A stretch of 64,000 nt of DNA from Candidatus Bathyarchaeota archaeon (GCA_963780185.1 CAWABA010000006.1:96001-160000), one strand, 5' to 3'; positions 50,741 to 61,791 are shown, numbered from the stretch's first letter. Numbers and translations: made by a program. The notes: a model not told the origin generated them from the sequence alone.

Positions 50741-50872
50741 GGGTCGTTTGGCAGGTAAATCTGCTGTCATGAAATGGCTCTGCTTTCGGATTTGTACTAT
50801 GGGGCTTAGGCTCCCAAATCGTGCGTTTCTGAGCATCCTTTTAGACAGAAGAGTAAACTGCCAAGCGGCACT
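50741..50872 (+). ncRNA. Candidate rod-shaped small RNA
   Basis: 12-bp closing helix 50743-50754/50858-50869 with G-U pairs, nested helices, TTTTATAA near 50700. Confidence 0.45.
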
Positions 50873-50890
50873 CTAACTTACCATTTTATC

Positions 50891-51247
50891 TTATTGACTT
50901 GACTTTCCCTCATTATCCATGTGAAAATGATGCAGGAACCGATGAAAAATCGGCGCAGCAAAAATTCCAATTGCAATTATCTCAACCAGCCCGCAGTATA
51001 GAGCGTAGATTCCAGCGAATATTTTTCCGTCTGAGTTGCGCAAGGCGTTGACGGGTCCCATTCCGCCCATCAGCATGGCGGCGTTGAGGAAGGAGTCAAC
51101 CCAAGAGAGACCTTCAAGCGTGTGGTAACCGATCATGCCGATGACCAAGGAAGCCAAAATTAGCCCGAGGGAAATCAACGCGTATTTGAATACGCGCCGG
51201 ATAAAGAGATGTCTGGGCAAAAGTTTTTCGTGGTGACGCTCAAACAC
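50891..51247 (-). CDS. Small two-TM protein with an ion-channel pore-like segment
   Basis: GY..LEGLSWVDSFLNAAML.GGMG...GKIFA pattern. Confidence 0.75.
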   Translation of the reverse strand: MFERHHEKLLPRHLFIRRVFKYALISLGLILASLVIGMIGYHTLEGLSWVDSFLNAAMLMGGMGPVNALRNSDGKIFAGIYALYCGLVEIIAIGIFAAPIFHRFLHHFHMDNEGKSSQ

Positions 51248-51352
51248 AGATTCAACCCCTCGCTCGATATCTACTATTCAAAATCTGCCTTTATACTTTT
51301 ACAGTACGCATGCTAACTTGTCAAAATTGCAACGCATTTTTTTGGGGGGTTA

Positions 51353-51485
51353 AAAAAAAGGATTAAGCGGATTAACCGTGCGCTACCCAGTGACAGGGCA
51401 CAAAAACAGTATGGGCATGCCCTTTTTCTCCTGTTAGCCGTTGAACCCGCCCAATTTGGTAATCGTGTGTTGTCCTTTCTTGTTA
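51353..51485 (-). ncRNA. Candidate small hairpin RNA
   Basis: Minus-strand TATA-like CTTATATT (51506-51513), irregular hairpin 51367-51450, T-tract end. Confidence 0.4.
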
Positions 51486-51746
51486 GCCCTCTTACGATTC
51501 CTAGGAATATAAGGGAATGTTGTCACAAAAAGAAGCAACAAAGCTCTTGTTCCCCTGACTTTTTTGATTAGCCCTGGCTCCGAAAAGCCTCATATTTGGG
51601 ACATCTAGATGCGCCTATTTGGGATATACAATGAACCGAGAGGGTAGACGATGAGAGAAACAAAGCAACGTTTACGGCAGCGGAAAACCTCAAATCGTTT
51701 GCACAACGTAAGTATCTTTAACTTCATGTTTTCCCGTTAGCTATCA

Positions 51747-52262
51747 TCAAGGTTGATACAATTTTTTGTTCAGAGTCGGAGCTTCTTCCGTGATTTTTGC
51801 CCCATGGTAATTGTAGTATGGCAGCATCATAAAGAATTCGATTCCTATTCCAGAAAAAAATAAAATGAAGCTTTCAAAATAAAAAGGATGCCAATAACTC
51901 ACAGAAATAAAGCCGCCACTGTTGATTGTTTCTGATCGGTAAAAAGGAGCAACTGCTATCGCAACAGTCATCAAGACAAAGCTTATCAAAATCGGCGCGT
52001 TTTTAATGTTTCTTAAGTTTCCCACATCAATCTTTACTTCCACTCCATTTTGCCGCAATCCGCTGACGCCAGAGTGAATAATCAAAAAGGATATTGTTAA
52101 GCCGCTCACGAAAAAAGCAGTATTAATCGCCCAATTTTGATAAAAATAATTATCGTTGACCGCCGCTATCCATGCACCAAAGAAAAGCAAGGAAATTCCT
52201 AAATAAACTCTCAAGAAAGATTGTCCTGTCTGCTTTTCATCCATATCTCCATTTATCCACAT
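51747..52262 (-). CDS. Hypothetical four-TM membrane protein
   Basis: Hydrophobic, AT-rich ORF. Confidence 0.6.
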   Translation of the reverse strand: MWINGDMDEKQTGQSFLRVYLGISLLFFGAWIAAVNDNYFYQNWAINTAFFVSGLTISFLIIHSGVSGLRQNGVEVKIDVGNLRNIKNAPILISFVLMTVAIAVAPFYRSETINSGGFISVSYWHPFYFESFILFFSGIGIEFFMMLPYYNYHGAKITEEAPTLNKKLYQP

Positions 52263-52385
52263 TTTTTCTATTTAAAACTTTTACATTTCTATTTGGATCA
52301 TCAGGATTAACCAATCATGCGCTTTCGGCTGAAATTGCCCTTTTTCAGGCAGGTTGCCCACTCAAGTTTCAAACGTTCCAAGCTC

Positions 52386-52513
52386 TAAACCAAAAAAGCA
52401 ACCCAAAACAAGCCGTGAACAGAAGGCTCGACAGAGGGGAGGGGGTCTACTTTTTGTGACCAAAAACCATTACAAATATGGGTGCCAGCCACGACTCGAC
52501 CAAGGGGAGCCTA
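52386..52513 (+). repeat. Dispersed repeat, copy B
   Basis: Clear similarity to 23107-23262. Confidence 0.75.
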
Positions 52514-52567
52514 TGTCTTAGCAAACATCTTTAACTTTAGGTTTCTTCGTTACCTAACTTAAGGCTG

Positions 52568-53200
52568 ATGCTGTTGGTTGATGCTTGGCGTGAACCTTAC
52601 CATGTCGTAATCGAAGTTGAAAACAAGCACTGCCGAATGGTTAAGCGGCTTGCGGCTCTTGGGTTTGAGCAGATGAAGGTCGTTGACGTCCGAAGCTCCA
52701 GCAGCGGATGCGTTAGGCACTTGATGGATGTCGGCGAGGAGCAGGCACGTCGGGTTCCCCGTGAGCTCGCAGCCAAAGGCCACGTTGAAGGAAAATCGGC
52801 GGTTTGGGTTGAAAGCGAAGGCTGCCAAGTCTGCAACACCATCCTGTCCCACGACGCCTTCCTGGTCAACGGCAAAAGCATGCAGGGCAACATCATCACC
52901 TACAGCTTCATGGTGCCAACCTTCGAAGCCTACCGAGGCATAATAGCCGATTTGGAGAAGGCATGCGGCAGCGTGAAGGTTCTAAAAGTAGGCAAGTTTG
53001 AGCCGCAAATCGGGGTCTTAACGGAGAATCAGGAACGGATTTTTTGGCTTGCCTTGAAAAGCGGGTTTTTCGATTATCCGCGCAAAGTCGGCATGGCGGA
53101 GCTTGCTGCTAAACTTGAAATTAGTCCCGCAACGCTCTCGGAGGTCATCCGCAGGGGCACACGAAGGCTGCTTGAACACTACTTCAAACGGGAGCTGTAG
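52568..53200 (+). CDS. Bacterio-opsin-activator-type HTH_10 regulator
   Basis: LTENQ...ALKSGFFDYPRK...ELAAKLEISPATLSEVIRRG. Confidence 0.9.
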   Translation: MLLVDAWREPYHVVIEVENKHCRMVKRLAALGFEQMKVVDVRSSSSGCVRHLMDVGEEQARRVPRELAAKGHVEGKSAVWVESEGCQVCNTILSHDAFLVNGKSMQGNIITYSFMVPTFEAYRGIIADLEKACGSVKVLKVGKFEPQIGVLTENQERIFWLALKSGFFDYPRKVGMAELAAKLEISPATLSEVIRRGTRRLLEHYFKREL

Positions 53201-53362
53201 TCAACGGCGGTTTCTTGTTCTCTGGTTTTCCAGTTTGTTTTTTATTAGATACCGCTTGGCGGGATAGCGTTTATTAGGGTCGGAAACCATTTTTAAAATA
53301 CCCAAAAAAGGGTCAGAATCTTTGTCGGTCAAATCAAGCATGCGCTTGGTTTTGGTTGCAAA

Positions 53363-53776
53363 ATGGAGACGAATTCATTGGTAGGGTCTAAAAAAAACAT
53401 ACTTGTGGTTGATGACGATAAATCGATACTTCGAACTTTTACCCGTATTCTCCAGAAAAGCGGCTACGAAATCGATGTCGCCGAAACCGGCAGAGAAGCC
53501 ATCGACAAAGCAGAAAGTCACCATTACGATTTAGCGTTAGTCGACATCAGGCTGCCTGACATGGATGGAACGGACCTGCTGGCAAAACTCAAAAAACAAC
53601 TCCAGAGCACCGTAAAAATCATGATTACTGGTTTCCCATCGCTTGAAACAGGCGTCAAAGCGCTTGACGAAGGCGCAGATGCTTACCTTGTTAAGCCTGT
53701 TAAACCTCAAGAGCTGCTTCTGCTTCTGGAAGAGAAACTTAAAAATCGCGAAGAACCAGCAGAAGTCCCCAGCTAA
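53363..53776 (+). CDS. Single-domain response regulator
   Basis: ILVVDDD, DIRLPD, ITG and KP motifs. Confidence 0.93.
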   Translation: METNSLVGSKKNILVVDDDKSILRTFTRILQKSGYEIDVAETGREAIDKAESHHYDLALVDIRLPDMDGTDLLAKLKKQLQSTVKIMITGFPSLETGVKALDEGADAYLVKPVKPQELLLLLEEKLKNREEPAEVPS

Positions 53777-53828
53777 AAGCTGAGGGTTCATATCCGACTG
53801 ACTTGTTTTTTGCTTGGTTTTGGAGCTT

Positions 53829-56732
53829 TTACTCGACGTAGATTGCTGGTTGATTAGGCATAGCCATCATTGCCCGCTGCTTAGGGTCGTAGCGTTCTTC
53901 GTCGGTTTCGCTGAAAACTGAAACTTCAGCTTTGAAGCGTTCCTTCAAAAAGCTAACCGCGCCGTCCAGGATTTCTTTCTCAGCCAAGCCTTTAATCTTG
54001 AGTAAGTTGGCTTTCCGCTCCGCAGGCAGCTTCGTTAGCGCCTTCATTATTCTCGGCACTAAGGCTGCAATTTCCTTCATGCGCGGCTTGAATTCCTTGT
54101 CAGCAGCGAACTCTTTCATCAACTCGTTGATTTTTGCTTCTCCAGCCAAGCTTTTGTCGAGGATTTTGAGGTAAACCTGCATTTTCCAGGAGGCGGTCGT
54201 GTAGTAGCAGATGTGTTTGGGCGTGATTTTTGTAGCTTTCAAGATGTTGGATGTGTCTTCTATCACGTCAAGTACCAGATTCTCCTGTTCCTCAGCCGCA
54301 ACATCAATTTTCTGTTCGTCGCAGACTGGCCATTGAGCCACGCTGACAAGGCACGCTTCGCCTGTTTTGCTCCAAAGTTCCTCGCAGAGGAAAGGCGCGA
54401 AAGGCGCAAGCATCCGAACCCAAACTTTAACTGCGTCAGCCAACTCTTTGGCGTCGGTGCTGCCTTTCCGCTGAATGTACCAGCGCATGTCATTCCAAGT
54501 TTCAAACAGAGCAACCTGCAAAGCCGTGCGGGTTTTCAACTCTTCAAGACTTGCCGACACCTCTTTGATTCTGCTTTGAAGCTTGCTCTCAAGCCACCGC
54601 TCCATCACCGTGCCCTCTTCCACCTTGGCGGAGGCGATGATTCCGCTTGCAAACCCATTTAATGCTTCAAACTTTGTTTTGAGGTCGGCGACGTTTTCTG
54701 CTCGCCAGTCAGGGTCATCCATTCCTTCTGCGCCTAAAAGCAGGGCACATCGGGTGGCGTCGGCGCCGTACTTTTCCACTGCACCTTTCATGGTTATGAA
54801 GTTGCCTTTGCTTTTGTGCATCTGCTTGCCTTCAACCATAAGCATGCCGTTAACCGCCATCGCTTTGGGCCAATGCTCAGGCGGGAAAAGGGCGGCGTGG
54901 TGGAAGATGCAGAAGGTCAGATGGTTCGGTACAAGCTCTTTAGCGGAGTTTCTTAGGTCAAAGGGGTACCAGTAGAGGAATTCGCTGCGCATCGAGTCGA
55001 GCAAAGAAGCCTTTATGCCGACTGCCGCTTCAAGCTGCGCTGCGTTGCCTTTGCCAAAGAAGATATAGTCGAAAACCTCAGGCGTCAGGGATTCTGCTTT
55101 GAGGTTGTTTTGTTTAATGTGTTTGTTCACGGTGTAGAACGACATGTACATTGTGCTGTCGCTCAGAGTCTCAATTATCCAGCCTTTACCCCACGGCAGC
55201 GGGGTTCCGAAACCTGTAGTTCGGGCGCATGCCCACTCCCGCAGCCAATCGATCACGGTGATGAACCATGATTTGGTGGCTTCTGGGTAGACCGTCATTT
55301 GAGCCACAACTTCCTTCGCCAACGCTTTCCACTGGGGGTCAGAGTAGTTTAGGAACCATTGGTCGCTAAGAATCTTCACGATGCATGGAGTCATACAGCG
55401 GCAAACAACGGGCTCCGATAAATCGTACATGCGGTCAGCGACGCCGAGTTTGCGGAAATCCTCAATCAAGACGTCTTTGGCTTCCCGAATGGTTTTCCCA
55501 GCGTACGGTCCGCAGTTTTCCTTGAGGATGCCGCTGTGGAATTCTTTCTTGTACAGCTCCTTCGTAGCTTGGTCTGCTTTGGGGTCGTTCTGGTCTTTAA
55601 CGCCCATTTTCTGCACAATTTCTAAGGCTGGGAACTCGCCGAAGCCTTCAACCTTGATGATTGATATCGGCTTAATGTTCTTCACAATGGCTGGGTCCAC
55701 GCCGAATTGGCCGAGAACTTCGGGTTTTTCCTGTAGGTCTTTGAGTGCTAGCCAATCGTAGGGTGCATGTGCGGGAACGCTGTAGACGACGCCCGTCGCG
55801 GTTTTTGGGTCTACGAACCAGCCTGGCAAAATTGGGAAAGTGTCTTTCGTTATTGGGTTCTGGAAGGTTTTGCCGATTAGCTCCTTGCCTTTGAAGGTAC
55901 GTTTCACCTGAACCTTCTTTTCTTGCTCTTTAAGTTTCTCCGCTGCTTCCTCGCTGACTATCCAGTTTTCCCCGTTTACCGTGGCTTCAACGTAGGTTGC
56001 GTCGGGGTTTATCCACATGTTTGTTATGCCGTAGATTGTTTCAGGACGGAAGGTAGCTGCAGGCAAATATGTGCCGTTGTCGAGCACGTATTTTATGAGG
56101 GCGTATTCTTCGGGGGTTACTCCTTCGCCTACTTGGCGGTCATGGTCGCCTGTGGGGCTCTGGTCTTTTGGGCACCAAACCACCGGGTGCGTTCCCCGCG
56201 TCACGTAGCCTTTTTCCCGAAGGTTCTTGTATTGCCACTCGATGAATTTCTGGTAAGTCGGCATCACCGTTGTGAATTCACGGCGCCAATCCACGCTGAA
56301 CCCTATGCCTTTGGCTGCTTTGCGTCCTTCGTCGGTGTAGTACTGCGCCATGTAGAGGGGTTCAACGAATTTTTTGAGTTCAGATTCGGGTACGCCGTCG
56401 ACTTCACGCAGAACCTTGATGAAGGCTTCGTCGCCCCGCGCCACCCGTTGGCTTGCTCCCAGAAGCGGCTGACCTGTCCAATGCCAACCCCAAGGCCAAA
56501 GCACGTTGTAGCCCTGCATCCGTTTGAAACGAGCGTAGGCGTCAACCCGTGAAGCCGTAAAAGCGTGCCCAACATGCAGCGGACCATTCATGTACGGATA
56601 CGGAAAAGTCACCATAATCTTCTTTCTTTTCGGGTCTGGGTCAGCTTCGAAAACGTGCTCGGCTTCCCATTTGGCAAGCCATTTCTGCTCGATTTCCTTG
56701 GTTTGGCTCATGAAACCTGTCAATTGAGGCAT
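53829..56732 (-). CDS. leuS: Leucine--tRNA ligase (archaeal type)
   Basis: PYMNGPLHVGH, TFRPET editing domain, QMHKS (KMSKS-like), GADATR. Confidence 0.97.
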   Translation of the reverse strand: MPQLTGFMSQTKEIEQKWLAKWEAEHVFEADPDPKRKKIMVTFPYPYMNGPLHVGHAFTASRVDAYARFKRMQGYNVLWPWGWHWTGQPLLGASQRVARGDEAFIKVLREVDGVPESELKKFVEPLYMAQYYTDEGRKAAKGIGFSVDWRREFTTVMPTYQKFIEWQYKNLREKGYVTRGTHPVVWCPKDQSPTGDHDRQVGEGVTPEEYALIKYVLDNGTYLPAATFRPETIYGITNMWINPDATYVEATVNGENWIVSEEAAEKLKEQEKKVQVKRTFKGKELIGKTFQNPITKDTFPILPGWFVDPKTATGVVYSVPAHAPYDWLALKDLQEKPEVLGQFGVDPAIVKNIKPISIIKVEGFGEFPALEIVQKMGVKDQNDPKADQATKELYKKEFHSGILKENCGPYAGKTIREAKDVLIEDFRKLGVADRMYDLSEPVVCRCMTPCIVKILSDQWFLNYSDPQWKALAKEVVAQMTVYPEATKSWFITVIDWLREWACARTTGFGTPLPWGKGWIIETLSDSTMYMSFYTVNKHIKQNNLKAESLTPEVFDYIFFGKGNAAQLEAAVGIKASLLDSMRSEFLYWYPFDLRNSAKELVPNHLTFCIFHHAALFPPEHWPKAMAVNGMLMVEGKQMHKSKGNFITMKGAVEKYGADATRCALLLGAEGMDDPDWRAENVADLKTKFEALNGFASGIIASAKVEEGTVMERWLESKLQSRIKEVSASLEELKTRTALQVALFETWNDMRWYIQRKGSTDAKELADAVKVWVRMLAPFAPFLCEELWSKTGEACLVSVAQWPVCDEQKIDVAAEEQENLVLDVIEDTSNILKATKITPKHICYYTTASWKMQVYLKILDKSLAGEAKINELMKEFAADKEFKPRMKEIAALVPRIMKALTKLPAERKANLLKIKGLAEKEILDGAVSFLKERFKAEVSVFSETDEERYDPKQRAMMAMPNQPAIYVE

Positions 56733-56933
56733 TGGCTATTAAGAGTTTTGCTTTCAACTGTTGCCGCATTATTTGTTTTTTTGACATAGCAGACAAAGCG
56801 GTGTTGCGTTGGAAACGTATGTAAACAATTCTGGGGGGATTAGCTGCTGGGTTTGGGTTCAAGAAAAATGGGTTGCTGGAGTAAAAAACTCTTATGTACT
56901 TGTTTTTAGCATACAGGGAAGCGGTGAAGATGT

Positions 56934-57313
56934 TTGGCAGAAGCTGAGGCAAAACTTAAGCAGGACCTTTTTGTCGAAATCAAAAATTTGGAGCAAAATC
57001 ACGGTGTCATCCGAGAGTTTTATTTCGGGGAAAGACTACGACGCTCATAACCATCGGCGGGACACTTCAAAACTTCAAGGACAGCCTAAGCCGAGCCAGC
57101 GCGTTTGTTCTTGCCCTCTACAACCTTAAAGGCAAACACGTCACTATCCCATGGGATCCCCTGTTCACAAGCCTGGATTACGCGTTGGCAACCATTGGGG
57201 TTTCTTCCTCGCCTAAGCAGAAGGCGGCGGTGCGGACGGTTCTGGCGATGTCTGAAGAGCAGATGGAGCAGGTTCTCTCGTACTTCGCAGCCCTCAAAGA
57301 ATCCCTCAAGTAG
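56934..57313 (+). CDS. Hypothetical helical protein; frameshifted
   Basis: Reassembled across frames: MAEAEAKLKQDLFVEIKNLE...FKDSLSRASAFVLALYNLKG...VLSYFAALKESLK. Confidence 0.55.
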
Positions 57314-57543
57314 CTTAAGCCATCAGGCGTTTTCTTTTTAGCGTACCACCAATCGTAGACTTGTCCGAAGCCGTAGGCAAAGATGATCATTCCGAAAAAG
57401 AACGAAGCCTCCGCAACGGCAACGTACAGGTTAGAAATTTATCATCGTAAATTTCACTTCGAGGGCACCCTTAAAACAATTGTATCAGAAGTCGGCTAGC
57501 CGCTGATGAAAGTCAGCCGTTTAGAACATGCGGCTCGCAGAAG

Positions 57544-57816
57544 TCATTTGATTATCTTGTATTCTTCAAGCAAATCGTTCAGTTGCGCGAACAACTCCAG
57601 AAATCGGTATCCCTTTTCGGTGATGATGTATTTGTTCAGGTTCTTCGCCAGCAGACCCTGCGATGTTAAACTGCTGATTTGGCTTTTCAGCTGGGCATGA
57701 TTTAGGTTTGCGTTGTACATGATGCTTGTCTTGCTTTTCTGCTGCTCGCAGTAAAGCAGGATTTCAGCGATGATGTCCAGTTTTCCTCTTCTGGCTCCCT
57801 TTTGGCGCTGCTCCAT
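57544..57816 (-). CDS. Archaeal winged-HTH transcriptional regulator
   Basis: RRGKLDIIAEIL...KTSIMYNANLN...YIITEKG motif. Confidence 0.88.
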   Translation of the reverse strand: MEQRQKGARRGKLDIIAEILLYCEQQKSKTSIMYNANLNHAQLKSQISSLTSQGLLAKNLNKYIITEKGYRFLELFAQLNDLLEEYKIIK

Positions 57817-58211
57817 TCTTTTTGGTGTTTCAGAAGTGCAAACTGGAGTTCCTGCGAATTCAGCTTTGCGTTTCCCGGTAAATTGCTTGTCAAGATACTT
57901 TCTCACTGCTTGAATTGATTTAAAGATTTTTTAGCACTTAAACCGAATGTGATTGTGCATCTGCAGTAACAACCAATCGGATTGTCGATTGCATCCCTTT
58001 TCGGGGTTAATACCGTTAGACAAGGCTTCGATTTTCGGTTGCGGTCAAGGCGTTGGCGTGTTTGGAGCCTTTTCGGGGTCATTCGCCGTTTCTTGTTTCA
58101 TATAGTTTGCCGGAAAAATAGGCGAATTGTGAAAATGTAAAATCTATAAATAAGTAGCGGCGGAGTAATTCTCTTAGTGCCCGAGTGGGTGGGGTATCCT
58201 AATCAAGCTCT

Positions 58212-59307
58212 TTGAACCCGTTGAAGGCGGCAAGGAAGAAAGCCAGCGGCGGAATTTTCGCTTCCCGTTGACTTAATTCGGGTTTCAGCAATCTTCTTGG
58301 TGATTCTCCTTCACGTAACCAACACGTTTTACGACCAAATCTATCAGGGTCCCTTCAACTCTGGGTCTGGTGGACGTACACCATTTACAAGTCGATATCC
58401 CTGCCCTGCGTGCCGCTGTTCGTTATCCTCAGCGGCGCCCTGCTGCTTCAGCCGTCAAAAATCAATGAACCCATCAAGGCATTTCTGAAAAAAGAGCTAA
58501 CCGCATAGGAATAGCGTTCGGTTTCTGGACCGCTGTCTACATTGTCTGGGGATTCTACGTCACAAAAGCCGCTGTGACCCTGAGCAATGTGGGTCAAGAG
58601 CATTATCATAAGCTTGTTTACAGGGTCATACTACCATTTCTGGTTCCTTTACCTAATAGCGGGACTTTACTTGATGACTCCTGTTATGCGTGCGGTTGTC
58701 AGACTTCAAGAACCCCAGTTTGGTCAGTTACCTGATCATTCTGTGGTTTGTCGGCATCTTGTTGTTCCCCTTATACCACTTTTCACGTCTTACAGCGTAA
58801 ACGGCGAGGTTTTCATAATGGGCGGGTACATCGGCTACTTCCTTTTAGGGTTCTACTTGCAGACAGCTCGGATGCGGCGTCGGTTCATGTACAGCTTCTT
58901 AGTTCTCGGCATTGCGTTGACGGTTGCGACCACATGGGTCATGAACTTTCCTCTGCATCCGCTGGGACAAGACTACTACTTCTTCGATTACCTAGCCATA
59001 AACGTAGTCATAGCCTCCATCGCCCTGTACGCTTTTTAAGCAGGTTTCCCGCTGATTGGCCGGGCAAAAAGCATCCGCGCATCGGCAAAGATTGTCGCGG
59101 CTAATCAGTCAACAACACTTTCCAATTTATCTTTTCCACGTGATGATTATGGAGGGTTTGGCAATTGGCACTTTAGGCTTCACGTTGAACTTGGCGGTTA
59201 TGCCCGATCGTTGAGATTCCCCTTGTGGCGGTTGGTATCCTGCTCGTTACTTTGGGGCTTGTTTACTCATGAAGAAAGTGCCCGTCCTCAGAAGGCTGAT
59301 AGGCTAA
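58212..59307 (+). CDS. Acyltransferase family 3 membrane protein; several frameshifts
   Basis: VDLIRVSAIFLVILLH, VPLFVILSGALL and YHFWFLY motifs. Confidence 0.8.
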
Positions 59308-59977
59308 GTTTCTCCGTGAAATTAGTCTGCTGGTAAATTGCGTTTGCAATGACTTGTGCCCCTTCATCATTGGGGTGAACGCCGTCAACAAAGTAATCAG
59401 GGTGGTTTAAGCAAAGGCGTGTGGACGTTGATAAGCGGCAAGCCAGTTTCATTCGCTACCTGCTCAATGCGCGGAATCAACCCCCGACGAAAGATCTAAG
59501 CCGTTTATGTCGATTGTGTTGTTGTAAACTGGCGGAGGAATCACCAGAAAAATATGCGGTTTGCTTTTCAAGTCTTCAAATTGGTTGATTAGCTGTTTGT
59601 AGTCGTTTACGAATTTGTCGATTGCAGGGTAGACGTTTGAGCGGGCATCGTTGGTTCCGAGCATGATGATGACGGTTGTTGGCTGAAATTCAATTGCGTT
59701 TTCAAAAGCGTTTTCATACATGTAGGGTTTTTCCGAGTTAAAGTTAACTGTTGGCTCCGCTGACTCCAAAGTTTTGCACTGTAGATTTTGAACCCAGCAA
59801 GGTTTGAAGATCGTTTGGGTAAACGGTTATCTGCGTGATGCTGTCGCCCGACGCATGCAACCCGGCTTAAAGCGGTAGAGTGCCCTTGAGCGAATTCCTC
59901 GAAGTAAAATGCGGCAGCAAAGCTACCGATATGATTAGAATCAGGGTGACTGCGGCTAAAGTTTTGGTTCTTGGCAA
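59305..59977 (-). CDS. Secreted SGNH/GDSL hydrolase; frameshifted, ends approximate
   Basis: GDSIT, MLGTND and DGVHP motifs in successive frames. Confidence 0.8.
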
Positions 59978-60144
59978 TGTACGAGTTTCTCTCACGCTGA
60001 ATTATTGTTCATGTATATGACAGAGCCTATTAAAAGTTAACGAACAAAACAAGTTCGACTCCGAAAGAACCGAAATCCGAGCAAGGCTGGCTTAACAATT
60101 TAAATAATAAATCGCGGTTAGCACCTGTTAAGAAGCGGTAACAC

Positions 60145-60570
60145 ATGCTTGAACGTTTGGCGCTTTACTCTGACGGCGGCGCAAGAGGAAACCCTGGACC
60201 AGCAGCCATTGCTTTTCTAGCCGTAACCGAGGCGGGGCAGGTTATCAAGGCGGATTCGCGTTTCATCGGCAAAGCAACCAACAACCAAGCCGAGTATAAC
60301 GCTTTGATTGCTGCGTTGGAGTTCGCTAAAGCCTTCAAAGCGCAAGAAGTCACATGCCACCTTGACAGCGAATTAGTTGGAAAACAAATGACGGGCGAAT
60401 ATAGCGTAAAAAACCCTGAGCTGAAAAAACTTTGGCTTAAGGCTCGGGAACTAAAATGCTGTTTCAAAAAAATAAGTTTTGTAAACGTTCCACGATTCAA
60501 CCCGTTCATTTCGAAGGCTGACGAGCTTGTGAACAAAGCCTTAGATGAAGAGGAAAGAAAACTCTGTTAG
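60145..60570 (+). CDS. rnhA: Ribonuclease HI
   Basis: DGGARGNPGP, TNNQAEY, DSELV and ADELVN motifs. Confidence 0.93.
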   Translation: MLERLALYSDGGARGNPGPAAIAFLAVTEAGQVIKADSRFIGKATNNQAEYNALIAALEFAKAFKAQEVTCHLDSELVGKQMTGEYSVKNPELKKLWLKARELKCCFKKISFVNVPRFNPFISKADELVNKALDEEERKLC

Positions 60571-60619
60571 CTTAACGGTTATAACGAACCGTGTGATTGA
60601 AAAGTTAGAGTTGACGACC

Positions 60620-61008
60620 ATGTTTGACCATACTAGCATCCGAACAAGTAATGTGGAGCGGTCAATTGATTTTTACTCGCGGTTCTTAGGCTTGAAGGTT
60701 CTTGAGCCGCCGCGAAATCAAGCAGACCAACGCCGAAATCGTTTTCCTTCAAGACCCAAAAGGCGAAGGCTGCACGCTTGAGTTAACGTTTTACCGTGAC
60801 CAAAAAAAGTTTAGCTCAGCCCCAATATGAAGAGCGGCTGTTTGACCATTTAGGCTTCACAGTGCCCGACATAAAGGCAACCCTTGCGGCGATGCGGAAA
60901 GAAAAAGTGACGGTTACTGATGAGCCGTTCAAGCTTGGACCAGAGGGGCCGACAATAGCTTTTGTTGAAGACCCAGATGGGACTCTTGTTGAGTTGATCG
61001 AGCGGTAA
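60620..61008 (+). CDS. VOC/glyoxalase-family protein; frameshifted
   Basis: FDHTSIRT...SIDFY, DHLGF and FVEDPDGTLVEL motifs. Confidence 0.85.
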
Positions 61009-61009
61009 T

Positions 61010-61321
61010 CTAAAGATTAATCATGATGTCGTCGTTTTCGACTTTCAAGTCGTATTTGGGTTCGCCTTTCTTTGTGGGTCCTTTGAGGAAATTGCCTGTT
61101 TTGAGGTCGTAGGTGGATCCGTGGCATGGGCAAATCACTTTTTCCCCTTCCAGTTTCCCTTTGGATAGTTGGCAGCCTCGGTGCATGCAGACGTCGCCGA
61201 TGGCGTAGTAGTTTCCGTTTACGTTGGCAAGCAAAATTTTCTGGTCATTAACCGTGACCCTCATCATGCTGTTCGGTTTCACGTCGTTTACTGACGCTAA
61301 CTTGACAGATTTCGTTAACAC
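61010..61321 (-). CDS. Rieske-type ferredoxin
   Basis: CMH and CPCHGS ligands. Confidence 0.93.
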   Translation of the reverse strand: MLTKSVKLASVNDVKPNSMMRVTVNDQKILLANVNGNYYAIGDVCMHRGCQLSKGKLEGEKVICPCHGSTYDLKTGNFLKGPTKKGEPKYDLKVENDDIMINL

Positions 61322-61353
61322 ATCTATCGCCTCCTAACCGTTTGTTTTTGAAT

Positions 61354-61791
61354 TTACTCGTAGAATCTTGGTCTGATTTTTTGGCTGTACTCGTCCAGGG
61401 CTTTTGCTCTTATTTCTTCCTCTGCATCTTTGGCTTGTGCTTCTTTTTCGGCAGGTTGCGTAACTGATTTTTCAAAGTCTCCGTCGAAGCTTCTGCATGC
61501 GCCTTCAAGGGCAATGACGTAGTTTTTGAAGTCGCCGATTGTGCTTTCCGCTTGCCTATGCGATGAATGCACCTGCTCAGACACGAGGATTATTAGGTCT
61601 TGGATGCTTCTAAGCGTCAGCTTATCGGCTTCCGCCGCTTGGTCGTAGAACCGTTGAAAAACGCTTAAAAGATCCATAAACATCTCGTCTACTTCCCTGG
61701 TTTCGCGTCTAAGAACATTTTCTGACGTAAGCGATTTAGTCTTGAGCAAAACCATCAGATTCTTGAGAACTGCTGAGTCGCCGCTTGACAA
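61354..61791 (-). CDS. Hypothetical protein
   Basis: 145-aa helical-looking ORF. Confidence 0.6.
   Translation of the reverse strand: MSSGDSAVLKNLMVLLKTKSLTSENVLRRETREVDEMFMDLLSVFQRFYDQAAEADKLTLRSIQDLIILVSEQVHSSHRQAESTIGDFKNYVIALEGACRSFDGDFEKSVTQPAEKEAQAKDAEEEIRAKALDEYSQKIRPRFYE

Noticed and set aside
53932-56587. Long antisense or alternate-frame ORFs within leuS, and similar ones in pheST and other genes
   Set aside because: Shadow ORFs of well-supported genes, with no independent motifs.
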